Assembly (NCBI RefSeq): GCF_000150275.1
Contig: NW_002060972.1
Location: 124,001-188,000, forward strand
DNA length: 64,000 nucleotides
DNA from: Trichoplax adhaerens
Lineage: Eukaryota > Animalia > Placozoa
Direction: 5' to 3'
Shown: piece after piece, positions 42,363 through 55,294 of the stretch
Numbering within the stretch: position 1 is the first letter of the stretch
Layout of the letters: every line of letters starts with the position of its first letter
Made by a program: the position numbers and the translations under genes
Notes under the pieces: generated by a model
The model's database searches: none
What the model was told of the DNA's origin: nothing
What the model saw: the letters and a program-made list of their open reading frames with translations, nothing else

Positions 42363-45112
42363 TAAACATGACAAGCTATATTTGAGCATAGTTGAAATAG
42401 ACTGTAAAGGTATCTATATTCGGAACAGAAGAAAATATCCATATTTAAGAACATATCTAAAGACTATAGTGAAAACTAAATACACTACATTTATGTAATG
42501 ATTGAATTAAATCAATTCATCCTACTATTAAATAACCTATAACATGATAACTCGATGCTCCTAAACTGTATTATTTTATGAGTAATACATTAACGAATCA
42601 TGTAAAATTTAATTAACAGATGAGAAAAGATATCTTGTAAATTAGTTAAATTGCTTATCATACCACTGATAAATTAAAGCCTTTCTAATATTTACTCCAG
42701 AAGTGCTATATTGATGAATATAGAAATGTTCAATGACTTTGTTATTTGGCTTGGATGTAGATGTTATAAAATAAAAGCAATGAAATGCCTTAATAACAGT
42801 ACATATTGCTTTAAAAGATTAAGGACTATGAAACATCGCAAGTTCTACTTCAAATATCGACACCAAATAAGTGGATTGGAAATGTCGAAATCTCAGCGGA
42901 TGGTCATACTGCATATATTTTCCAATGACAATAATCTACATATCAATTCCTTGAAAATAAATTGCACATTGCACCATTAAGCTAGAAAATCAGCTCTATC
43001 AGTAGAAGGTTAATTCAATGCCAAGATAGGTTTCAACGGGGGCCGTAATACATGAATGTTAAAATTGTAAATGGACTTGGTCTTGCTTGACTTACAGTAC
43101 TAATACATAATTTGCATATATGGTTGTAAGACTTAAAAACTCACGGCTAAAGTAATATTATGTAGTATAGCTTTAATTAATACATTGCTGTAGTAAGGTC
43201 AATTCTTAAGGGTCTTCAATAAATCAGACTATTTGAATTTAAAACCCGAATTAAGCTTCATTACAATAAAACTAACCGTAACTATTTTCACAACAAACTA
43301 TGAATAAGAAGACTTCCAGATCTACTCGTTGCATACGCTTATAAATCCTAGCCTATCACCTATTTAGTAACATTATCACGCTTCTATGCGCTCAGCACGG
43401 GCATTGAATTATCATATTTTACCGGGTCATGAGCAATTAATCGCATTGAACTACGCAAGTATTATAGCCTGTGGTGAAGCATATAAGTAATTCCATACTT
43501 AACTAAGAATTTAATCCAAGTACTAAACTCACTGCACTACAGTTACCTATGGCTTACATAGGTGTAAAGAAGCACCTATAATCTAATGAGAAATAATTAA
43601 AAAATTCCACATTTACTATATCTCAATTTTTTATTCATTAACTGATCAATGCAATATTTCAATAATGACTTCAGAATCATAGTCTTAGTCTCAAGTTATG
43701 AGGTACGCGGCTGAAGACTAGGCTGTTTTATCGCTGTAAGATCATTGTTCACTCCAAACTGCAGCGAAAGCATATTCTGAGAAATAGCTTTGACCAGCAC
43801 CATACTATTGGTATTTCTTGTTCGAATACACATATTAAATTAATAGCATTCGATGATGGTGTACATAATTCTTTGAAAAGCCGCTATAATTGTCTTGATC
43901 AAATTGAAGTTGCAGTAACAGCATAATTGTCTTTTGTAGAAATAACTGGTAGAATGAACCTACGGTGCTTGCGACTCAGATCTCATTATTTATGTTGATT
44001 GATATTGCCTAGAGAATCACGGTACGAGGATAAAATAAATAAATACAAATAGTAAAAGGTAGCTGTGTCCACTTGTAGTGTATGGGTTGTTAGCCCTAAC
44101 AAAACTACTGTAATTAGCTGAAATCGCTACACTGCTATGGTGAAATTACTTCGTAAACGGTAGTAGAAAAACTGTATGAATGATGTGATAGCACTCCCCT
44201 ATATATAATTGTGGGTATATGTGGTATACACGTATTGTGGAGGGAAATATAAACATAATCAATTTACATAGATTGAATGTTACGCCTTTTTGACGATATT
44301 TATTATATTCAGAGGACTTTATCGAGGTTTCTCATTCCCCATTAACTGAGATTACTGTAATTGTGTTCATTTCCATTATCCATTAGACAAATTTATAAAT
44401 CAGATATTTAAAGTATCGATTTCACAACGTTACACAATGCAGTCTTTGTTATGTTGCTTATTAGATTGCATATTTACAATATTCTTCCATTTATTTATAG
44501 TATTAGCAAATGACCAAGTTTCTGTAGCGCTGCTTCATCAAACCATTCAGTAGAAGTTCGATTACGCGACAGTTAGCCTATGCGAAGAGTATCGTAGCAT
44601 GAAGTGTTTAAGATTGTTATTTCATATATATTGAAGATATAGAATGAGCTTACGAGCACGTTGAGATCGTAGATGTCGCTTGAATAATAGTTGTCACTTT
44701 AAATCATTAATGAGAGCAAAAATCAATGATAAATTGAAGACGGATTTAGATTACTTGTAAATTTTACTGTCTTTCTACTTGCAGAGAGTATTGTAAGCCT
44801 TAAAAACGGTAAATAACTGTAGATAGTTGATACACAAAATCCTAAGAATAAAGACTCTAACTATACTTCTATAGTCGTATACTCGTATGCTAATCCCTTA
44901 AATTTTTCGCCCGTGGTAGAAATATTTTCATCAATATTAATCATAATCAAATACATTAACAATTTGATTATAGATCTTCTGGTAACGTATAACTTAGTGC
45001 AACCTACAATATTCAAAACATATCCTGTCGTGTAGTACCCCTATCAAGTTTACGGGAATAGTTATTTTTATATACGTATGACTTTATAATTATTTGTATT
45101 AATGATCTTATA

Positions 45113-45445
45113 GAAATAAACAGTACACTAGGATAGAATCATCTCATGTGGTAAAGTGACCATACTTTTATTATACCATTGACTAAAAAATAATTCGTAG
45201 TATGCGATATGAAATCAGTCAAAATACTCTAAATTTACGGATTGTAGGGTTTGTACCGTAAATACTAAATAATGGGTAACTTGATGATTAATAAGCATGC
45301 CAGGCCAAAAGGTTATTGCTGGTAATTTTGAATATAGAAAAATAAAGTTGACTGTGCTGCAGTAATGTAAATTTTACTTTCACCGATTTAGATTTAATTT
45401 CAAACTATTACATGATGAAATCCATTGGAGACGATGTTTCAGTTC
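45113..45445 (+). repeat. Old non-coding duplication (partner 47570-47900)
   Basis: Colinear, visibly diverged similarity (aaataaacagta...catgtggt..a.tgaccat...gtcaaa.tactcta.attta.ggatt...gatttaatttcaaa). Confidence 0.75.
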
Positions 45446-45649
45446 AAGAATGTGGCAGCTATTACAGTTACTAGTATAGTACCTGTACAAATGAACGGGA
45501 ACGTATACTGCACAACACATTACATCGAATAAAATTGACGGCAATATTATTAAACTATATATAAATTCCTTCTTATAGCAGGTATTTATACATTTCAATT
45601 ATTTGTCATTAAATAGGCAATGTAATCCTCTTTAGCACTTTATCATGTA

Positions 45650-46390
45650 CGAATACATGAAACGTAGAGTTAATTGTAGCAAAATTTCTACATTAAAAAT
45701 TATCTTACTGCTCTAAAGACGTAAGCTGCAGTCTTTGCCATAGCAAGCGTCTAAAAATTGCATTTTGAGCTCATGAGCCCAACAATCTTCTATTTTCTTA
45801 ATGGTAATATTCTAATTTTCTTTCATTTTAGTAATCTTGCGATTCATTCAACATTTTAATAGTATTGATAAAGCGATTACTTAGCCTAATGTTGCTTAAG
45901 ACAATTTATTTACTCTTGAATATCGGATAATACCTAAGACTTGAACTTACAGATAGCTCTTTTGATATTGAAAGTATTATTTGCAGAATAATTTATTCAA
46001 TAGTGCTAGAGAAAATAGAATTAATAATTAATTTTATTACAATTACAGTAATAAGATAGAATGAAATTGGCAGCCGAGAATAGTCAATACTCAAATGACA
46101 TTACGCACACAATGAATAAAGATCAGTCGACATAGCAATTAATAGCATTCATCTGCCTATTTTTATTAGATAGTTGATCAAATAATTAGGAGAATAATAT
46201 CATTAGAATTGACAATTTTGTCTTCAACACTAGCTCTAGGGCTTATAAAGGAAAAATTGAGTTGCAGTTTCTCTCTACAGATATCAAAAACACATAAAAG
46301 AGATTTATTCTTATCTGGTATTACTAGTGTAGTCTTTGACAATATTATAGTCGTCTTTGAGTCAAATTCAAAGTTAAAACCGATATCTTT
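45650..46390 (+). repeat. Old non-coding duplication (partner ~52145-53045), upstream of each EGF/D8C gene
   Basis: Colinear similarity, e.g. atacatgaaa...taattg...aaattt...taagc.gcagtcttt...agaattgacaat...agatttattctta. Confidence 0.75.
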
Positions 46391-48395
46391 ATTATGTCAT
46401 AGGCTATATTGATTACGTTACTCACCGATATTTAATAGTTTATACGCTGAGCCGTTAAAGTAAAGTTTAAAATAGAAGATTTATTTTCCATTTATATTGA
46501 CAGCTGTGATTTTGAAATGAGATCACTTCTTCATAAGCAAAGGTCATAATACGCGTATCGATACATTTATTCTTACTTATCATGGTTGATATCGAATCTT
46601 GATTCATGATCTTTGGAATAACTCTTCTATTCGAATTGGTTTTATTTTTGAAAGATTGGACACAGGTAAAGCGTAGTATAATATATATCTAATAAGAGAC
46701 AAGGAAGCAAGTCGATGTGTTTAACTGCAGTAATTTGAGTAATCTAAAATATGGTCGCCAGCTGTATACTAGGAGTTGATCGAGAATTGTTTTTGAAATC
46801 ATATTTCTCATCTTATGTCATGGTACTAACAGCAGCCTAGAATCAGATTTACATCACTTTTACATCGCTATGTACTGAGTTAAAGAGATGGCCTTTATAT
46901 TTACTACATTGGAGAGCGATATCCAGTCGTGTTTTCCTCATAGAAGTCCCTGACTGTATGTACTTGTAGGCTTTACTTTACATTATCACTGTCACTTCGC
47001 TCTGAGTTTACAATATGATATGCACATGAATTAATCCTATTATTAGCAATTTGTAGAATGCACTCCTGTTGCTGTACTTAAAGTGTTCTGATTAGTAGAA
47101 CATATAGGTAAATTTAATTTTTGATTTTGCATACGTGTAATCTTAACAAATACAATAAATTCTCATTATTGCGGTTAATTATGCTATTTCCGTTTGTATA
47201 TGTAATTATATTGCAACACTGAAATGTGTATATTAGTATAAACGGGCAATACATACCGTTCTCTCTCTTTTATTACTCACGTAGTCAAAGAAGTACGTGA
47301 AATTTTGCACTTGTAAATCATGCCATACTGTATTAGTAAACTATATCTTAGATACTCCGAGACTCACATATAAATCGGTACTATATGCATTTTTGTGTTG
47401 CAGCTGTGCTTTAAATGCTCTAAAATTGTTCAGAACGGTAGACAGTTCTAGAACTATAGTTTACAATATACTGAATTTCACGCTGCTAATACTCTATACG
47501 TGTAAGGGGATAACTTATTTTTATATCTACATGTCTATGAATTTATAGTCATTTGCATTATGACCTCATGAAAATAAACAGTATTTTATAATAAATCGCT
47601 CCATGTGGTGAAATGACCATGTATTTATTATACGGATAACTAAAATTAATCGCAGTATGAGGTTCGATATGAGTCAAATTACTCTAGATTTATGGATTAT
47701 GGAGTTCGTATAGTGAAGGCTATATAATTTGGTAAATTGATGATTTATAAACAGGTCAGACCACAAGATTGTTGTTACTGGTAATTATAATTATAGAACA
47801 AGAAGTCAAAAAGATTGAAACAATATAAATTTTACTGTAACAAATCAGATTTAATTTCAAATTAACCTATGCTGAAATCTATTCAAGTTAATGTTTCACT
47901 TGTAGAAATACGATAATTAATTATAGTAACACTTTAATAAAAAATTACATCCTACCGTATATTAGGCCTTCATCGTTAATTAAACTCTGGCATAACAAGA
48001 TAAATATACGAGCGTAGGAAACTTCATTACGTCAGTATAGAACATTATTTTGCCGAGAACATCATAATATTCGTCAATATGTGATGGCAGGTATTTTGTG
48101 GAGGGAAATTCAAATAAATTCACACTAAAATTACAGTAGCCATGCCGCTCTATCAAAATTTTTACATCAACAAGAAGATCATCACGACTCCCTATTGAGC
48201 CAGCTAGGATCTTTATTTCCCCTTCACTGTAAGGGTATTAAATTCCTTCATCTTCTAGACGGCCCCATACTAGTAACTCTTATATCTAGCGTATTAATTT
48301 TGTAAAGTTACACAATGAACTATTCTTATTGATAGTTTACAATACTCTGTCATTCGCGAGTAACACAAATAAACAATTGCCCATTGCACTGTTTC

Positions 48396-50965
48396 ATGAG
48401 CTGTAAGGTCTGAGATTATAAAAGGATGAAGTGTTCTACAGTTACCAACAGACTTACATTAAGAGCTCATCGTTGATCGTCATTTTATATAAATTCAATA
48501 TAGGTGTAGCTTATTCTATTATACCAACACTGTGCCTTTGGATTTATGCCGCAGATCATGTCAATGCTACTATTTGTGGTAAGCTATAATTTTGTAACAA
48601 TAAAATAATCAACTATATAACATTCTTCAAGCACTATTACAGTAAGAATGAAATAAATAAGTTATCATAGAAATGCTGCAATAGTACGTCTATCTCTTGA
48701 AAATATGGGATAAAACTAGCGTAGTCGTTACCTAATCTATAAGTATTTTAAAACTTCCTTATCATTTTTCAATTGCCTCTGTAGATTTTAAGTATTCTTT
48801 TTACATCATCGCAAGCAATAGGTAAGTTATAATTAAGTAATATTCTTGTATTTATTCTAAACTTAAGTAATAAAAGGCAAAGATGCTATCGCAGCCTGCA
48901 CTAATTAATTATTAAAAGCTTATTGTATCTATATTGTAACCTCTCACAAGAATCATGCAAAAGATACTGATCATTTTATACACCTTTTGTTCATTTCTTG
49001 TCTACTGCTAGACGCTTGCAAGAATCATCGAGTTGTGAGCAGTATGGAATCTTATATTCCTTCACCGCGATGCAATAGGGGGTCAGAAAAGGATTGGTAC
49101 CGGTTTGTAGTTCAGAATACAAGCTCCATGATTGCAACATGTTCTGATTTCAGAAGAAGGTATAAACGTTTCTTATTAGCTCCAACAATTGCGATGAAAG
49201 GCCACCTTCCAAAGGGTATGATATCAGCTCAAATGCCAGTATACAACCTTTCTACACAATGCGACCTATAAGAAAACTAGTAATCCAATGTGTATTGTAG
49301 TTCATTAAATTTATCATTGATTATTTCGCCTATTAGATCGTTTACGTAGTACTGTATATTAAACTTATCAATTTGATCCAATGTACGCTACTGGTATCAT
49401 CTGGCAGACTTTGCTGATAGAGTAGGAAAAAAATTGATTAGATGTACAATAAATTATTTTAAGAAGGATTTTTTAGCCATTGGATCATTTATAGAATATT
49501 TAAAATTACTAACTACTAGCATTGGCATGTTACCACCAGTACTTCACAACACAAAAGATTAATCAAAATTGTAGCTAGAATTTTTAGGATTGATTGCTTT
49601 CCCTTTAGATTGTTTATAAAGTTCTTTAAAGTTATTCAAAATTAGCCACCTAGTATACACTGATTTATACGTTATTATTACTAATGAAAGTAAAAATCAG
49701 ATTTAAAAACTAGAAATTAGTATCATTACAGATGGTCATACTATCAGATCTTTACTTCAATGTTTTTGAATGATTGCCTATGCTTCATAATAGTTAACTT
49801 TTTCTCTCTCTCTATTGCACGACGTAATTCCACCCTAAAAATTCTCGATATTACTAGCATCGGACGGTATTGTCAACAGAACCACTTGTTCAGGCCAATT
49901 TGACTGTCTATGCTATGAGACTACAAATATACAAGTTAAGCGTTGTAACAACTTCTTTGTTTATCGTCTACCTACTTCTTCTTCTAAACCTTGTGGTATC
50001 GGGGCCTATTTACTGAAGCAAGCAGGTATCGCTATGACTTGTATATAGATTGATAAACCAAATTTAAGAACGACGATTAATACATTTGTATTAGGATCTA
50101 ATTATTAAATTATTTTAATCATGCTAAACCATTAGTTAATTAAATTTTTCCAATTTAAAATCGTACAGTACTTAAAATTTGAACGTCAAATGATCTGTTT
50201 TCTTTAATAAAATGCTAACAATCAATCCATAGACAAATGTTCATCCAATCCTTGCCGAAATGGCAAATGTATTTCTGGTCCCACTGGATACGCCTGTCAA
50301 TGTAAAGCAGGATACTATGGAAGAAATTGTGAATCAAGTAAATAATCTAGCATCTTATCGCTAATCGATTCATAAGCATCTCTCCTTCACTGTTAACAAG
50401 GATCGCTATAAGAATCGGTACTTGTGATACTCATGGTTCTTAAACTTTAGTTCAATATGCAACTGCACTACCTATTCTGCAGTATTACGCTTAAACTTAA
50501 GTGATTGCATTGATAGAATACAGTTGGCAAGGAACAAGAAAATTTCAATTTAAATAGTACTATTACCTGCCGCTTAAATTTCAATAAGATACAACTCTCG
50601 TATTATAATGCGCGCACATTGTATGTACGCGTAAAATAAGAATATTTCTACATAGAATTTTTAATTAAAATAAGTTCTGAACATTACTTCTAAATCGGTA
50701 ACTGATACAATTTACAATTTTGTAATCAAAGTTCGATGTACCGATTTCGCTATAAATTAGAACATTTTCTACTTTAAGATCACGACAGCGTGAATCTAGC
50801 ATAAACAATATTTTACGTCTTATGATTACTGAATTCATTTCTCTTTTTCCAGCTAAATGTCCTCGTAACTTTTGTTTCAATGGTGGCAAGTGTGTAACTT
50901 CAAGATCTGGCTACCACTGTCGGTGTTCTACAGGATATATAGGAAAAAACTGTGAAATCGAGTAA
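48396..50965 (+). CDS. Secreted protein: signal peptide - uromodulin/GP2/OIT3-type D8C-like domain - EGF - EGF (gene A)
   Basis: A 7-nt first coding exon (ATGAGCT|GT) plus 48504-48578 gives MSCVAYSIIPTLCLWIYAADHVNA. D8C-like exons are at 49012-49215 (DAC...DWYRF) and ~49858-50024 (DGIVNRTTC...IQVKRCNNFFVYRL). EGF exons are at ~50233-50337 and ~50853-50965, the last ending CEIE-TAA. It could alternatively splice into gene B. Confidence 0.6.
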
Positions 50966-53900
50966 GTACTTACATGATTTTAAAGGATTTAATTTATACT
51001 ACCTTTACTTTTAAGTTCCTGGCAGCATAACTTCTTGAACTTTTACAGTATCTTCATTCTTTTGGTCGTGCAATTTGTATGATACATAACTCAGTCTTAT
51101 ATGATTATTTTATACAATGAAATTCAGTCGTTACTCTTTAACCAATACATGTATTTTTTCCTCTGATATATATCAAATCTACCTTTACTAATGTATCCGA
51201 CTCTCTGTCACTCCAGCCTTATTTCATTTTTCCTTTATTAGAGTAAAGCTATTGCAAATAAGGTAATATGAAATTAAGATAGGATTGGATTAATTATATG
51301 AAATTTGTTATGTATATCGTATACGATTATAGTGAATTTATTTATGTGTAGATAAATTAATATGTCGATAATCGCTTGCTTAACTACTAGACTTTGTTCG
51401 TAGAATGTTAGTAATTAGTAGATAGTTTAGGATTCTCTCGGTTATTGTAATAAAGAATTTAAAAGACATCATGCCAATAGGACAATTAGAATAGCTTTTC
51501 ATTTATGTCAATCACCTTTATCACACTAAGTAAACCTTTTACACTATCATGCAATTCATCGAGTGAGGCATAGTACATAACAAAATTTTCAATTATTAAT
51601 TCACTTATCATAAGTTGTTTCCTTTTTCATTATTGTAATTATAGTGTATCAAACTGGAAATTTTATCTACGGAAATGCCTAGATATAAGAACAAGAACAG
51701 CAAGTGTAATTGTTTTATCTAGGATTATAATTACAGTATACCCTATTTATTGTGTTCTTAATATGTAAATGTTTATCTTATTTTGATGTTTTGATATTTG
51801 TTGAGAATGCCGATCGTCTAAGACGCTATGCGACACATAGTGTTACAATACTATTTAAGTAAGGAAAGCTAATACTTATGTAAATTTACTAAACATTGAA
51901 TGGATTCTTAATAAAGTTCGTGTTCAATTTTGTCTTGAAGATACTACTTCTATTGCTGTTCTTGTTAACCATAGGAAATCGTTAGTATTTAGAATCGCAC
52001 CGTACCGTGGGTAAATATCGGATAGGACAAAACCTGACCATAGATTCGTAGTGCTACGTATCGTTGTCTGTGATAGTTAAATTTTTGCAAGCTACAATTC
52101 AGATTTGTAACACGTTGCAATCCTCTGTAGTACTTTATCCTGCATACATGAAATATTGAGCTAATTGCAGTCAAATTTCTCTATTAAAGATTTCCTGCTG
52201 CCCAGAAGATATAAGCAGCAGTCTTTGGTTTAGTGTCTAAAAATTACATATTGTATTCATTAGTGCAATAATTGTTTAGTTTTTTCAGTGATAATAATAT
52301 TCTAATGACATTTTCATTCTAGTAATTTTATGATTGTTTCAATATTTTTAAAAGTATTACTCAACGAATATTTAGCCTAATGTGGCTTAAAACTTTTGAT
52401 CTACGGAATGAATTATCGGATATCACATGAGACTTGTTTGAGCATGTAGTGAATATTTATCCTAGTAGTATTTAAAATAATTCATATACAGATTAAATTA
52501 TTGCCAGAATTTTACATACATCGACTACTTAGCCTGATATTGTTTAAGATAGTTCATTTGTAGCTTGAATTAACAAACATTATCTAAGGCATACAAGTAT
52601 TTCCTTTGGCATTAAGAGATTTATTTACAGATTAATTTATGAAATCCTGCTGGCAAAAAAAAGAATTACAATTCATCTGATCGCAATTACGATTATAGGA
52701 CAGTATATAATTGACAGCTGAAAGAAGATTTAATATTCAAATGATATTATGCGTAAAATCAATGAAAATCAATCATGTGGCAATTAATAACATTTATCTG
52801 ATTAGTTTTATAAATTAGATGATTGATCAAATAGTTAAAAAAACGATATCCTAAGAATTGACAATATGTGGTCTATGATACAGGCCTAGCATTGATAGAG
52901 AATAAAATGAATGATTGCATTAGTTTTCTACACCTGTACCAAAGACACGTAAATAAGATTTATTCTTACCCTGGTCGACTGTAGCCGTCTATACCAAATA
53001 ATGCGCGTATGTGGTAAATTAATCGAAAGTCATCGTTAAACCGAACTTATTATTATAAACTGACTGCATAAAGATTATATCCTGAGATACTGTGTATTTA
53101 CGGTAATCCATGCTGCATTGTAGCTATCATGAACACCCCTAGACGGTATGATTCGTATGTACCCCTATATAAAATCCAATACGCAAATTACTGGCACATA
53201 TAGACGTCCTGTATGCGTGATTCAATCATATTTTCCTCGTCAGGCCTCATTAAAGTATCTACAGTCGTTATAGAAGAAATAAAAGTTTCCAAAGAGATAA
53301 TCATTATAACGATAATAGATTAGACGAAATGTTACTGATATTTTTCAGTTACAAAAGTACATAACTTTACAAAAAAACTACGCTACAGCATACTTTAAAA
53401 ATTCAAAATAAAAACAAAACATACAACAAATAGCTGTATTAAGTAAGCACTAATTACCTCATAGTGTTATAAAAGCTACAATGGATCGATCATATGCTAA
53501 CTTTATATGCTTTAATTGTATTATTGATAATATACAAAGGATAATGATAACTATTAGATGCATAATCGATAGGTAAGGAGTATAAATGGAAATAATAGAA
53601 CTTATTAAAACCGCATGCGGAAGAGATTTTTATACTGAAAATTGTTCTGTTCTCTCGATTATCCCTATATGAATGAATAGTACGCCTTTCTCGCCTAAAA
53701 TATTGATCGATAAATTGCTATTAGCTAGAGCTCAAACTTGTTTGCTCAATAATTGTCTAGTCATTACAAGCAAAGTCGCATCAATTTTCTTTGCAATGCT
53801 ATAGATCGTATATGTCGAGACTATAACATAATTACAATGTAACATTTACAATCATCATCAAGCAATTCTTCAGTAGTACGGTAGCATATAGTGCATTTTG

Positions 53901-53979
53901 TACCACTTCTTTGTGTAAATAATGTTTTTACTCATTTAAACGATTACTTTGCAATTAACTATAATAAGTTTCTATGCTA

Positions 53980-54330
53980 GCATTTATCCAACTATGCAAA
54001 TACTATGAAAAGTGTCGCTCTATCCAATCAGTATACGTAGTTTACTTCATTTTTATCCACACAGTGCATTAGTAAAGCCATAGTACTGCTGCAGATGGAA
54101 TGAGCCAGGACGAATGCCGAGCAGCTGCGTATTCCAATATTCTTCGAGCAATGCAAATAATATGAACGGTGCCGCTCCTTTCAACCAGTATACGCACTTT
54201 AAATCATTTTTATTCCTAATACAGTATGCGTTAGTAAAAATTAAGTACTACTATAGATAGAATGAGCCAGGATAAATGATAAACATCTATGGCAATATTT
54301 TTCCAGCTATGCAAATACCAATGAGCAAGC
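53980..54330. repeat. Degenerate ~158-bp tandem repeat (~2.3 copies)
   Basis: Recurring atgcaaata, cagtatacg, ttagtaaa and gaatgagccagga blocks at ~158-bp spacing. Confidence 0.7.
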
Positions 54331-55294
54331 ATTAATGTGCTGAACTTCTGCTGTAGAATCTCCATAAAATGCTCTGCCAAACGAACTGGCTCAATCAGGA
54401 TTGAAATGATTATGATTTCTCCTACTGTTACTGCTCACCCTACCTACAACCTTTCCCAAGTAGAAGCTTTTGTAATACGGTAAATGACTAATACAACATT
54501 TACATTTCATCGCGTGCTATGCAATGAGCCAGTAGACACCTGCATAAACGTTAAACGTGATTTAAATTTCGTCACAGGAAGTAGACAAGAATTGTTATAG
54601 TAAGTTGTTCTCAATCGAGATTTGATCTATAGAATTCTCGCTCCACCTCTTCCATCAAGGTGGAGTTTTGTAGTAGCAGCAAACAAAGTTATGACTCACC
54701 ACCTTGCAATCCTTGCCTGTTCTTTCATTCCATGCTATGTTAAAGTTACACGATATTCTATTTAGTTTTATAAGGAATGCACCAATCAATCAATATTAAG
54801 CCATGCTTTGAAATTCTCTCATGTTCATTAGTCATCCACTGCTACATCAAAGATCAACAAAACGTTGTTTATTTCTATACAGATCCCTGCCGGATCATAT
54901 ACGGGCATACAAAAAATCTGGAGATGAAAAAATGCTTCCTTAACACCATAATTAATTAAAGATCAGCTTAAAATAGTGTTCCTACCTCACGTTTATACTA
55001 TATTGCATTTTGGATATTCTGGACACAAGCAGATGTCTTTATTTGCATTTTTTATGGCCTACAACGCTACGGTTTAATAAGCACTAAATCATGCTATAAA
55101 TACTAAATGGAATTAATTTCATACATTCTTGCATAAATAGAAAATTAAATGCTAGTCTTACAATAGTTAAATTAAACTAGAAATTATAACTGGTCCTTAA
55201 ACTACTGTATATGAAATAACGACCCATACATTTTACCCTCAAAGTTTGATCTCAGAGATTTAATCGTGAAATTATTTTTTGCCATGATATCTAG

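Noticed and set aside
48785-48821. 37-nt mini-exon in gene A
   Set aside because: Splice signals are good, but it breaks the frame by one base in a T-run. It may be a pseudo-exon or a sequencing slip, so it was left out of the model.
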